Source of the DNA: Diplonema japonicum
Taxonomy: Eukaryota; Protista; Euglenozoa: Diplonemea
Length of the DNA: 64,000 bases
Reading direction: 5' to 3'
NCBI GenBank assembly: GCA_964019335.1
Contig: OZ025667.1
Span: 124,001 to 188,000, forward strand
Shown: positions 34,119 through 43,532 of the stretch, piece by piece
How the letters are laid out: the number at the start of each line of letters is the position of its first letter
Position numbering within the stretch: position 1 is the stretch's first letter
The notes under the pieces: model-generated
What the model was told of the DNA's origin: nothing
The model's database searches: none
What the model saw: only the letters and a program-made list of their open reading frames with translations
Made by a program: the position numbers and the translations under genes

Positions 34119-37100
34119 ATGGAGGACAGTGAGCGGGAAAACAGATGCTGCCGCGCGTTGCTGGAAGTCTATGCTGCGAACGAGGGAACCTTCTTCGACA
34201 AGGCGTGGAAGGTGTGGAAAAGGAATGGGAAGGAGGATGACACACGGTCGGGGCACCTGGAAGTACACGTACCCGACAGAGCGTGTACGTCTGTGATGCT
34301 CGCGTGCTGTGAACGTGACGACCAGCTTGAAGTGGTGCTTGGTGATGAGGGAGTCTTGTCGCTGCAGGAGGGTGTGGACTTTGCTGCTGCGATCACTGCC
34401 TGCGGCACCGACCTTCGGAAGGCGCAGCGCATCTTCAGCTTCGCAGAGCAGGGCGACGAGAGGTCCTGCAAGGCGATGATGAGGTTCTATGCAAAAACGG
34501 GTTGCGGCTTTGAGGAAACATTGCTGCTAGACAGCAAGATCACAGATAAAACAGCATTGGACGTTGCCTCGCTACTCGTCTGCTGTGACTCCAAAGAACA
34601 AGCCGTGGACTTGATACAAGAGAGGTGTATAGATGACGAGGCTCTCGTGGAGGCCATCGAGCTGTGCGGCGACCGTGTCGACAAGGCAGACAGGCTGTTC
34701 AAACTGTGCAAGTCGGAGGAGTCATCTAGCAGCAACCACGCATTGTTGAAAGTGTACGCGCGAGCAGGTGTCGGGGTGGTGAGTGCCATTAACGCCTTCA
34801 CGGCTATGAGCACAACCGACTCGGGGCTGCTGGGCATTGTCTTCGCTTGCTGTCAGACAACCGAAGAGTTCGAGCTTGTGGTGAACCTGTCGTCCGATAT
34901 CGAAATCACAGCGAAAACCGTAGCACAGGCAGTGGAGAATCACTACGGTAATCTGGTGCAGATACTGTACGACTATCTGATCAAACACTGCGAGCCGGAT
35001 GAGTGGTGCTGCCAGGCGTTGCTCAACACTCACTCAAGAGCGAATGGCTCGTACGAGCAGGCGCTAGACGTGTACAAAGAGCTTTCGAAACAAAGCACGC
35101 CAAACGAGTGGACGCTAGGTGCCGTGCTAAGCTGCTGTGACAACGAAGACGAGGTTAAAGAAGTCCTCGAGACAGCCTACACCACGATATCCGTTGACCT
35201 GTCCCTGATACGGGCAATAGAACTTGTCTCGCCCAATACAACAAGGGGTGAGATGCTCTTTGGCATGTTCATGGAGTTTAGAAAATCTGAACAGACCTTA
35301 GAGCTCCCCGAAGCGGATAACGAGGTTGTCAGCGATGCGGAGTTCGCCAAGTACTCCACACTGCTGCTCGGGGAGGTGCAAGCCAGCATACGCACAGGTA
35401 AGTGTGCCTTCCTTACGTGCCTCCCGTCGTGTCTGGCACAGTTTAAGTACCAACCTGACGGCTCTTCGCTAACAGGAATCTCTTACGGCTGTGAACCGGG
35501 TGTTGTTAGGAGGCGGTACTACATCACGGATAGCAACAAACGGCCTTTCTTCAAGAGCCACGCAGACATCGCAGAACACATGGCCCCCTACCTAAAGGGT
35601 GCCAACTGGATAGTGGGAAAGTACTCGGGAAACAGTAGGAAAAGCGAGTTGTTCCATGCAGTGCGACAGGTGATCGTGAAGACATGGATCACACGGTGCG
35701 GGCTGGCATGGGCAGATGCTGCCGACTTTTTTATGAAAAACGAAGTGTTGGCCGTGATGAAAGCGATGCTTAAATCGAAGACCACACGCACACCCCCGCG
35801 ATCCCCCAGCAAGGCAGCGCTTAATGTCGATCTCACGACGCGTGCCCCTGAGGTGGGCCCTTCCACTGCGCCTTCTGGACGTTTGTTGTCAGCCGTACCC
35901 GGCCACCATGCGCTTCGCAACGCCTACAACCGAGTGTTGGCTGAGAAAGGCAACCCCTTGAAACGAAGAGACCTAATTAAGAGCAGGGTAATCACAACAC
36001 TGTTGACACCTATATCCGAGCATATGGATTGTTCAGAAGCCCTCTACGACCGCCGTATCTCTTTCGAGGAGTTTGCAGGCGAAGTAACCTCACGCAGGTT
36101 GGCTACTACCTCATTCCCTTCATCGGCCAACGTCATCGACGCAGAGGGCGCAGGTGACCTGCATGTCAGTGTGGCACCCGTTCCTGCTGTCTACGCGCAG
36201 ATGAAGAGAAGGAAGCTGGCGACACGCTTCCTTTCCAGCATTGTCTCCGAACACGATCCTGAGGCTAAGCAAAAGGTTGCCAAATGGATGAAACAGCTGG
36301 CCACACGGCACGGCTATGGCCAAGCCGCTGCAGAGTCTGAGAAAGGCGCTATCAATGGCTTACTGCCGGGACTGCAGTTGCAATCGAAAGAGGAGACCAG
36401 CATCATGAAAGGTACCATCGGCACAGAGATTATGCGCATCGAAGCCAAGAAGAACATCAACGACTGGAAGCAGCAAGAGGACGTCGTGCAGCCCTTGTGG
36501 TTGAGGGTAGGCTCGATGCCTGTGTTAGGGTGTTCGTACGTGCAGACATTCGAGACAAAGGCGGAGAAAGCAGAGAAGAGGAGGCTGGAGAAGGTCAGGA
36601 GAGAACAGGACGCGCTGGGACTTCTACTTCCAGACGACGGAAGAGCGAACGGGAAGAAGCTGTACACGATCGCGTCCATCAAGCAGACCATCACATCGAG
36701 AAGAGCGGCTGGGAAAAAAGCTATATTTTATAAGTCCTTGCTAGAGGCGCCCTCCGCATTGCAACTACAAGGGGAACGAGAAGAAGCAATGGATTCTGAG
36801 CAAGGGACAGACGACGACCAGCGTGTGCAAATCGAAGGCGATATGTCGGTGTCGGACACGCTGGATAAAAGTGCGAACGACTTGATGCCTCACTTCGACG
36901 AATACGACCCCAGCTTGCTGGACGACCCGGACATCAAGAGCGAGAAGAAGAGAAAGCTGTTGATGCTGCCAACTTTGCGTGCCAGCGTGATTCCTTACTC
37001 CAAGAGCAAAGATCTGAAGAAGGATGTGAACCAGCAATTCCTCCTCACGCACCCTTGGATCGAAAGCACCGGTCTGTCCCTTACAGGCATCCGAAAGGCG

Positions 37101-37550
37101 AAGATGATCATGATCAACCTGGCACTTCAAACAGAGCAACGCATCGAGGCCTCTACAGTGGCCTACGCTGTGGTATATTTTGAGCGGCTTATTTTAAAGC
37201 AGATTGTGACTAAGGCAAACAGAAAGCTTGTGGCATCTGTCTGCTGCGTGCTGGCATATAAGTTCTGGGAGTCCTCGACTGTAACCACAGCAGGGATCGC
37301 TGTGCTGATGCGCAGTTTGGAAGAACACTTCGACGTCGCACGGAAGAGGATCCTTGCTGCGGAATTCAAGATTTATGCCCTCCTCAACTTTGACCTTCTT
37401 GTCCCGCAGTCCTATGCTGAACCCCACTTCGAACGTCTCTTAGCCCTTTACAATATAACGCCACAAGAATACCAAAATCGAAAAGACAATTCGTGGGGCC
37501 TCACCTTGCGTGAGGAGGGCACCGCGCCAGTCATTAAGTCCCAAGTGTAG
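34119..37550 (+). CDS. CABLES-like cyclin with N-terminal PPR-like repeats
   Basis: C-terminal YDPSLLDDP, DLKKDVNQQF, LSLTGIRKAK, TVAYAVVYFERLILK, NRKLVASVC and EFKIYALLNFDL match CABLES. N-terminal helical repeats such as PDEWCCQALLNTHSRANGSYEQALDVYKEL. Confidence 0.8.
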   Translation: MEDSERENRCCRALLEVYAANEGTFFDKAWKVWKRNGKEDDTRSGHLEVHVPDRACTSVMLACCERDDQLEVVLGDEGVLSLQEGVDFAAAITACGTDLRKAQRIFSFAEQGDERSCKAMMRFYAKTGCGFEETLLLDSKITDKTALDVASLLVCCDSKEQAVDLIQERCIDDEALVEAIELCGDRVDKADRLFKLCKSEESSSSNHALLKVYARAGVGVVSAINAFTAMSTTDSGLLGIVFACCQTTEEFELVVNLSSDIEITAKTVAQAVENHYGNLVQILYDYLIKHCEPDEWCCQALLNTHSRANGSYEQALDVYKELSKQSTPNEWTLGAVLSCCDNEDEVKEVLETAYTTISVDLSLIRAIELVSPNTTRGEMLFGMFMEFRKSEQTLELPEADNEVVSDAEFAKYSTLLLGEVQASIRTGKCAFLTCLPSCLAQFKYQPDGSSLTGISYGCEPGVVRRRYYITDSNKRPFFKSHADIAEHMAPYLKGANWIVGKYSGNSRKSELFHAVRQVIVKTWITRCGLAWADAADFFMKNEVLAVMKAMLKSKTTRTPPRSPSKAALNVDLTTRAPEVGPSTAPSGRLLSAVPGHHALRNAYNRVLAEKGNPLKRRDLIKSRVITTLLTPISEHMDCSEALYDRRISFEEFAGEVTSRRLATTSFPSSANVIDAEGAGDLHVSVAPVPAVYAQMKRRKLATRFLSSIVSEHDPEAKQKVAKWMKQLATRHGYGQAAAESEKGAINGLLPGLQLQSKEETSIMKGTIGTEIMRIEAKKNINDWKQQEDVVQPLWLRVGSMPVLGCSYVQTFETKAEKAEKRRLEKVRREQDALGLLLPDDGRANGKKLYTIASIKQTITSRRAAGKKAIFYKSLLEAPSALQLQGEREEAMDSEQGTDDDQRVQIEGDMSVSDTLDKSANDLMPHFDEYDPSLLDDPDIKSEKKRKLLMLPTLRASVIPYSKSKDLKKDVNQQFLLTHPWIESTGLSLTGIRKAKMIMINLALQTEQRIEASTVAYAVVYFERLILKQIVTKANRKLVASVCCVLAYKFWESSTVTTAGIAVLMRSLEEHFDVARKRILAAEFKIYALLNFDLLVPQSYAEPHFERLLALYNITPQEYQNRKDNSWGLTLREEGTAPVIKSQV

Positions 37551-37670
37551 TTTTCCCTACGTTATGTTCTGGCTTCAGTATTTGTATTTCAAAAAAAAAA
37601 AAAAAAAAAAAAAAAAAAGAAGAAAGATTCAACATACACCACCCGCCCCTTCTATTCCACCATTTAGGTT

Positions 37671-38819
37671 ATGGCCTTCGTCACGCAAAGGGGACGCGAA
37701 CGGCTGGTCGATGCCCTGCAGAAGCAGGAGGAGCTGCTTGCCAATGCCGTGATGCTGTTGAATAACATAGGCAGGTCTGTCCGCGATGCTGGGGTAGCCG
37801 GTGCGTTGTGTGTTGTTGTTGTGCATCTGAAGGAGCCGAGGAAGTGTGCTGTGTTTGGGCGGCAAGCTGTAGTTACCAACCCGAAACAGACACCGACAAT
37901 TGTCCTGGATTCCATACCGCGCAAAGGTGTGCCGTGGGTGCCACAGCAGCCTGCACCCACCGACAACTCCAAGCCACCGACAAAACCTCTCCCCTCCACA
38001 GCGCACGGGCCGTATGTTTCAGAGCATATCATCGCCTTCAACACTTGCTCACGGCTCATGAACAAGAACCTGTCTGCAACAGCGCCTTGTGGGGCACCAG
38101 AATCAAGCCACTCAAGCACAGAAACCGCCTCATCAGCCCCAGCAGAGTTCCCCGAGTCTCCATCCGAGATGCCTGATGACGACATGAGCCATCCTGATGA
38201 TACGAGCCCTCCTAACGTTATGAAGAGGAAGAAGAAGCGAAAGCAGCGGCGGCGAAAGCCGCACAACCTTAGTCTTAATCACGACACAAGCATTATGAGA
38301 GTAGCGGGCTTCCGCCACCTGCGGGTGCTGGTGAAAAGTAGGGAGAGGTCCAATGCGAGTACCTTGATCTCAGAAGTGATAAAGGGCACAGGTAATCTCT
38401 GTGATGCTGTTCACAGCGAGAACCCCCCGCCTGGCGCCGGCATAGAAATAGTACTGAAAGCTGCGGCGCTGACTGAATCGAGAACCACGCCTTTCGGACT
38501 CCTCGCTGTCCTTCAGGACGTAATGGGTTCGGTGCCTGTCTTCGGCGTCCGTGGTGATGGTTTTAAAAGTTTGGGTGACCCGTGCAAGGTACCTCCCTCT
38601 GTCCACGTCGGCGATCCTTTTCTTCTTCCTGCTACTATCTCGTCCCCTACGAGCACCAAGAGCCTCTCACTTTCGACCTCACAGACTTTGCAGTTCCCAT
38701 GGGCGTGCGCACAGACCACTATGCACCCTAGCTTGGCAAAGTCTCAGAACGGCTTCAACGGCGGGACTGTCCTCAGCACCCCTCTCTTGGGGTCGCCTTG
38801 TCAACGCCCCGTGCGGTAG
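37671..38819 (+). CDS. Hypothetical protein (382 aa) with basic NLS-like patch
   Basis: Long ORF with coding composition in the gene-strand orientation; KRKKKRKQRRRK; no family recognised. Confidence 0.55.
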   Translation: MAFVTQRGRERLVDALQKQEELLANAVMLLNNIGRSVRDAGVAGALCVVVVHLKEPRKCAVFGRQAVVTNPKQTPTIVLDSIPRKGVPWVPQQPAPTDNSKPPTKPLPSTAHGPYVSEHIIAFNTCSRLMNKNLSATAPCGAPESSHSSTETASSAPAEFPESPSEMPDDDMSHPDDTSPPNVMKRKKKRKQRRRKPHNLSLNHDTSIMRVAGFRHLRVLVKSRERSNASTLISEVIKGTGNLCDAVHSENPPPGAGIEIVLKAAALTESRTTPFGLLAVLQDVMGSVPVFGVRGDGFKSLGDPCKVPPSVHVGDPFLLPATISSPTSTKSLSLSTSQTLQFPWACAQTTMHPSLAKSQNGFNGGTVLSTPLLGSPCQRPVR

Positions 38820-39115
38820 GATAGGGCTTTATAGTCCCACACCGCACGAAGGTTACGTTAGTTTTTTAAATCCAGTCTATTGTGATATAAGCAACTACCG
38901 TCTAAGCATTAAAAACCGCTACTTCAGGGTGGCTGGCGCCGTCTGGTTCGTTCCCGCTGCACAATCACCGTGCTTTCTTGATTTATTTGTTGCCGGTGTC
39001 CTGGTGTCCCGTCCTGTTAGTTTTTTTTTACACAATTCTTTACTCAACACGCAGCCGAAGCGCCAACAGACGTTTGGTATTCTCATTACAGTTAGCTCTC
39101 AAAAGAGATTAAACG

Positions 39116-40203
39116 ATGAGCGACGCACTGATATCGATGCTGCGCGATGCCGACCCAGTACTGGTCACGAAGGGGCTGTGTGCCCTCCTCGCCGTGCACT
39201 ACGTGGCGAAGTTCGTACGAGCACGTGCTGACTTCAAGACGATGGGGGCTCGGGCAAAGGACATGACAGGACAGGTTGTGTGGGTGACTGGGGGCAGCAG
39301 CGGGATCGGAGAGGAGCTGGCACAACAGCTTGTGGCGCAGGGAGCGATGGTGGTGATCTCTGCAAGGAGGATGGAGGAGCTGGAGAGGGTGAAGGGGCTG
39401 TGCTGCGACCCTTCGAAGGTGAAGTGTGTGGCTCTGGACATGGCACAGATGGAGCAGATCCCTGAGGTGACGAAGGAGGTTCTCGCCTCTGTTAAGGGGG
39501 ACTGGGGGAAGGCGGGGATCGATATTCTGGTGAACAACGCAGGGAGGTCTCAGAGGGGGCTCGTGGAGGAACACCTGGAGAACCTTATGGTGGAGAGGGC
39601 TTTGATGGAGGTGAACTTCTTTGGGACAGTGGCACTGACGAAGGAGGTACTGAGGCAGGACATGCTCGAGAGGAAGGCAGGGCGCATTGTGAACATCTCT
39701 TCCGTTGCAGGTAAGATGGCGGCCCCTGTGAGCGCCTGTTACAGTGCCACAAAGCATGCCCTTCAAGGGTGGAGCGACACCCTGAGGTACGAACTTGCAA
39801 CTCAAGGTGTCACTGTTTTGAATGTGTGCCCTGGGCCTATTGCGACCCTTGTGAGTGAGAATTCTATCAACGCAAAAGGTGAAAAGCTTGGGAAGCAGCA
39901 GGACACCAACAAGGGGAAGATGCCTGTGGGAGAGTGCTGCAAGTACATCGTGGCAGCCATTTGTGACCCGAGCATCACTGAGTCGTGGATCTCTCCGCAC
40001 CCGGTTTTGATGTTTGTGTACCTGTCCCTGTACTTCCCGGGCATTACGAGGTACCTTGCGAAGGGTGCCATCCAAAACAGAATTGAAGCTTACAAGGTAT
40101 GCGCCAAAGGGGGGAGAAAAAGAGAGGAAAACTACAGAGCGGAAGAGGGCTGTATGGTTCAAGCTTTATGGATACTTTGAAGAAGATATTCAAGAGGGGG
40201 TGA
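39116..40203 (+). CDS. Short-chain dehydrogenase/reductase, DHRS7-like (copy C), 2 exons
   Basis: Apparently identical to copy A over the first ~730 nt. Intron 40097-40137 restores a C-terminus (SGRGLYGSSFMDTLKKIFKRG*) homologous to copy A. Confidence 0.92.
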
Positions 40204-40567
40204 AATTAAACATTAAACAACGCCTTTTATTACGTACTTTTTTTTTTTTTTTTAGATGGGGGAAAAAACACTTTTCTTTTTTTTTTGAAAAAAAAGTAGC
40301 TTCCAACAACAAGTACCTATAGTATTCGAAACGTCCGTTTTTTTTTTTTTAATATTTTCTTTTGGTAGCTCCTTGCTTTTTCTTTGTCTCGCCCACCCCC
40401 ATCCACTCCGATGCGGTGTGGGTCTTTAGCTTTACAGTTCCCCCATCATCGCGAATTTTTCGCGCTTTTTTTCCCTTTTTTTTTTTCTCCTTTCTCTGAG
40501 AAGGTTCTTTGGAGAGCAAAAACAAAAAAAGGGGAGAAAGGAGGGAGGAGGCAGGGGGGAGAGGAAC

Positions 40568-41107
40568 ATGGGGTTTTCCTATCTAACAAACGCCAGGGTG
40601 TCGATGGTGTTTGTAGTGTTGGATTTAGTAGCCACAGCATTGTCGAACACATTGCACAACGAGAAGACGAGCCAAGAGGATATTATAAATATCGTGATGA
40701 TCAGCGTCCAGGGTGTAATTGTGATGACAAACATAGCTATGGTCTTCTCATCCGTCAGCACTACTGTGAAATTCAAGGCTGGGCTTTTCGGGGAGCTTTT
40801 CAAGCTTTCGTACAAACCACTCATCGCAAACCTCCTTCATATCGGGCTGATGCCAATGCCTTGGGTCTACCGCCGTTGGGTGCTCAAATCGACCCTCTAC
40901 TGGGACGACAATATCTATCGAATCTTAGGTGGTGTATGCATTGCATCTGTGTTCCTTGTTGTATATTACACCATCAAACTGCATCTAAACCTGATCGATC
41001 CGTGTAACTACGATGCATTGTACCAAACTCACGGAAAGGAGCCAAATCCCGCATGGCTGGTAGGGATGCAAGCCAAGCAGCACAGACCAGCAATCAATGC
41101 TCAGTAG
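40568..41107 (+). CDS. TMEM138: Ciliary transmembrane protein 138-like
   Basis: Multi-pass 179 aa protein with T.KFKAGLF..LF, ..W.D and L.DP..Y as in TMEM138. Confidence 0.7.
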   Translation: MGFSYLTNARVSMVFVVLDLVATALSNTLHNEKTSQEDIINIVMISVQGVIVMTNIAMVFSSVSTTVKFKAGLFGELFKLSYKPLIANLLHIGLMPMPWVYRRWVLKSTLYWDDNIYRILGGVCIASVFLVVYYTIKLHLNLIDPCNYDALYQTHGKEPNPAWLVGMQAKQHRPAINAQ

Positions 41108-41242
41108 CTAGCTCGGTGGTCCTTTTTTAAAAGTTGGTAGATTTTTTTTTTGTTCAGTTTTTTTTTTTTTTTTTTCTTTCTTTCTCTTCCTCCTCTTTTT
41201 TTCCAAAAAGCAAAAGGGGGAAGGGGAGAGGAAGACGACACG

Positions 41243-42919
41243 ATGGATTTGTTCTCCAGGTTTAGGACAATAACAGCATCTATTGAGGTGCCTTACCAAG
41301 CAACGGAGGACGATGTGGCCAGCATTGCAGCGGCTGCCCATAACTTAACGGAAGGGTATTGCATTCGGTTTGAGGGGAGGCCTCTTTCAGGCGGTGGTAT
41401 GCTGGACCAGACGGACATCACCGAGGGCGATCTGTTGGAAGTAGAGGTCACACCCGAAAAGCTGGCCCAGAAAGAACTGGCACTCCGCGGCAAGAAATTC
41501 GCTTTGAATGATATTTTGTCCTCCATGCAGCACAAAGACTATGAGGTGTTGCAGCTACAGCTCGCTGCAGGAAAGCCCTCTTCGGACAAAAAAATCATGC
41601 AGCAGCTTTTTATCTCCGGTGACGATACGATGGCTGAGATCGTTGTGACCAGTGGTGTCGTCCCCGAATACCTGAAACTTTCTGAACAGCACAAATGCTT
41701 GTGGAGACGATTCATATCTCAGGGGTATTTCCCTCCCCCCGATGCTCTCTTCACCTTTTCGACGGTGAATAACATTGACTTCATGCTTGACGAATGTGGG
41801 TTGGACCTGACCGCGAGGTCGCTGCACGGGCTGAATATGCTACACTTTTGTGCTAAAAAAAATGTGTCGGCTCTCCTCGAAAAAGTCATCCAACGAGGAA
41901 AAATCCCCATTAATTCCGAAATACCCGCAACTGGCGAGACCCCTTTGGCCTTGGCTTTGCAGAAGGGTACCGACGCCGTGTCGGTTCTTCTCAATGCTGG
42001 TGCAGACATCAACTACACACCCGTCTGTAGTGAGTACGGAGCAATGCAACCTTTGATGTATCTCAGTTCCCCGGTGCATTATGAACTATTAGAGAAGCAC
42101 AATGCTGATTTTACCATGAGATCTTGCCGATCCAGCGAAACCATGATGCACGCTGCTGTAAGAAGGTTCCCAAGCACGAAAGGCAAAGAGTACATCGACG
42201 TTCTAAGAGGCAAAGGGTTGGGGTTGGAAGATAGAAACGTGATGGGCTCTACACCCCTCCACATTGCAATGCGTATTCAGAACCCCGGATGGGTGAGATT
42301 GCTGCTTGAAATGGGAGCGGACCCAATGGCGAGGGACAACGAGGGGAACACGATCTTACATTTCAACCACACGAGCGATGAAATATTAGAGACGATCGTC
42401 ATGGGGGTTGAAGATGTGGATGTCCAAAACGACAAAGGAGACACCCCGTTGCATATTCACCAAGACGCTAACGTAGCACGGCTGCTCGTGAAGCGGTGCT
42501 CTTTAACTATATACAACTGCTTGGGTGTCACGCCCCTTCATCTCCTGTACAAGCGAACTATAGAGTTTTCAAGTGTACTCCTAGAGAACAATGCCAAACT
42601 CATCGATTTCCCAGACGACTCGATGCACCGGACGCCCCTGCACTACGCTGTCGTTCATGAATCTTGGAGTATCATGAGTCTGTTGCTGGATAGAGGAGCC
42701 GACCCCCAGATCGCCGACCGCATGGACAATAACGTGCTGCATTTCATCGCGGAGAGCAAACCGAAACCAGGATTCGTCTGCAGATTGTTCAACTTGGACA
42801 TACACAACCTATTAGACATGAAAAACAAGTGGGGTGACACGCCCCTCGATTTAGCTTCAACACAATACTTTGAAGACCTTTGGTCCGTGACACTCCTTAA
42901 ACAGGAAAAGTGTCAGTAG
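41243..42919 (+). CDS. Ankyrin-repeat protein with N-terminal ubiquitin-like domain
   Basis: Repeated G.TPLH motifs (GSTPLHIA, GDTPLH, GVTPLH, RTPLHYA); N-terminal IRFEGRPL...ITEGDLLEV is Ubl-like. Confidence 0.88.
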   Translation: MDLFSRFRTITASIEVPYQATEDDVASIAAAAHNLTEGYCIRFEGRPLSGGGMLDQTDITEGDLLEVEVTPEKLAQKELALRGKKFALNDILSSMQHKDYEVLQLQLAAGKPSSDKKIMQQLFISGDDTMAEIVVTSGVVPEYLKLSEQHKCLWRRFISQGYFPPPDALFTFSTVNNIDFMLDECGLDLTARSLHGLNMLHFCAKKNVSALLEKVIQRGKIPINSEIPATGETPLALALQKGTDAVSVLLNAGADINYTPVCSEYGAMQPLMYLSSPVHYELLEKHNADFTMRSCRSSETMMHAAVRRFPSTKGKEYIDVLRGKGLGLEDRNVMGSTPLHIAMRIQNPGWVRLLLEMGADPMARDNEGNTILHFNHTSDEILETIVMGVEDVDVQNDKGDTPLHIHQDANVARLLVKRCSLTIYNCLGVTPLHLLYKRTIEFSSVLLENNAKLIDFPDDSMHRTPLHYAVVHESWSIMSLLLDRGADPQIADRMDNNVLHFIAESKPKPGFVCRLFNLDIHNLLDMKNKWGDTPLDLASTQYFEDLWSVTLLKQEKCQ

Positions 42920-43455
42920 CACACTACCTATCCTTGTGTCAGCTACTGAGTCTCCATTCTATTCTTTTTTTTAAGTCTCCTTTCCCCGTTTTTTTTTTTT
43001 TTTTTTTTTGGGGGGCCAATGTTTCCAACCTCCCTGTGGTGGTTCCTGGTAATTGTGGTTTGGAGAAACACAAGCGAAAGGGAAACTCTCGTTCTAAAGC
43101 CGTACACGTGGGGAAACCTGGACGGGGGTGGAGAGCCCACCCTACGCGTGGCGCCAGTTAGCATCGCCCTCAACGGAGAGTCCCTTATCCCATTACATCG
43201 AACAAGGAGGTGGCTTCACCAGGTCAGGCAAGTAGCCTCCCCGCGGCATCGTGCCAGTGAAGCAAGCCTCCCACAACTCTCTAGTTGGTGTTTAATTGCT
43301 TCTGTGGCCCCTCTCCCTATTTCAATTTCCAAGCTTTCTTTACCTCTCCACTTTTACTTTCTACGGGACCACAGGGGACTTGGGAGGCTTCGGGGCGAAG
43401 TTTCACAAGGGCGGCCGCTGTGTCACATACTGCATGGCACCACTAAAATCGAGAC

Positions 43456-43458
<3 letters not shown>

Positions 43459-43499
<41 letters not shown>

Positions 43500-43500
43500 G
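43459..43500 (+). promoter_or_regulatory. Candidate trans-splice acceptor (T38-ACAG)
   Basis: Long U tract ending in AG 32 nt upstream of ATG 43533, with no obvious upstream exon to join. Confidence 0.55.
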
Positions 43501-43532
43501 TATTCTCTGAAGCAATTCTGCACCACAGTGGG

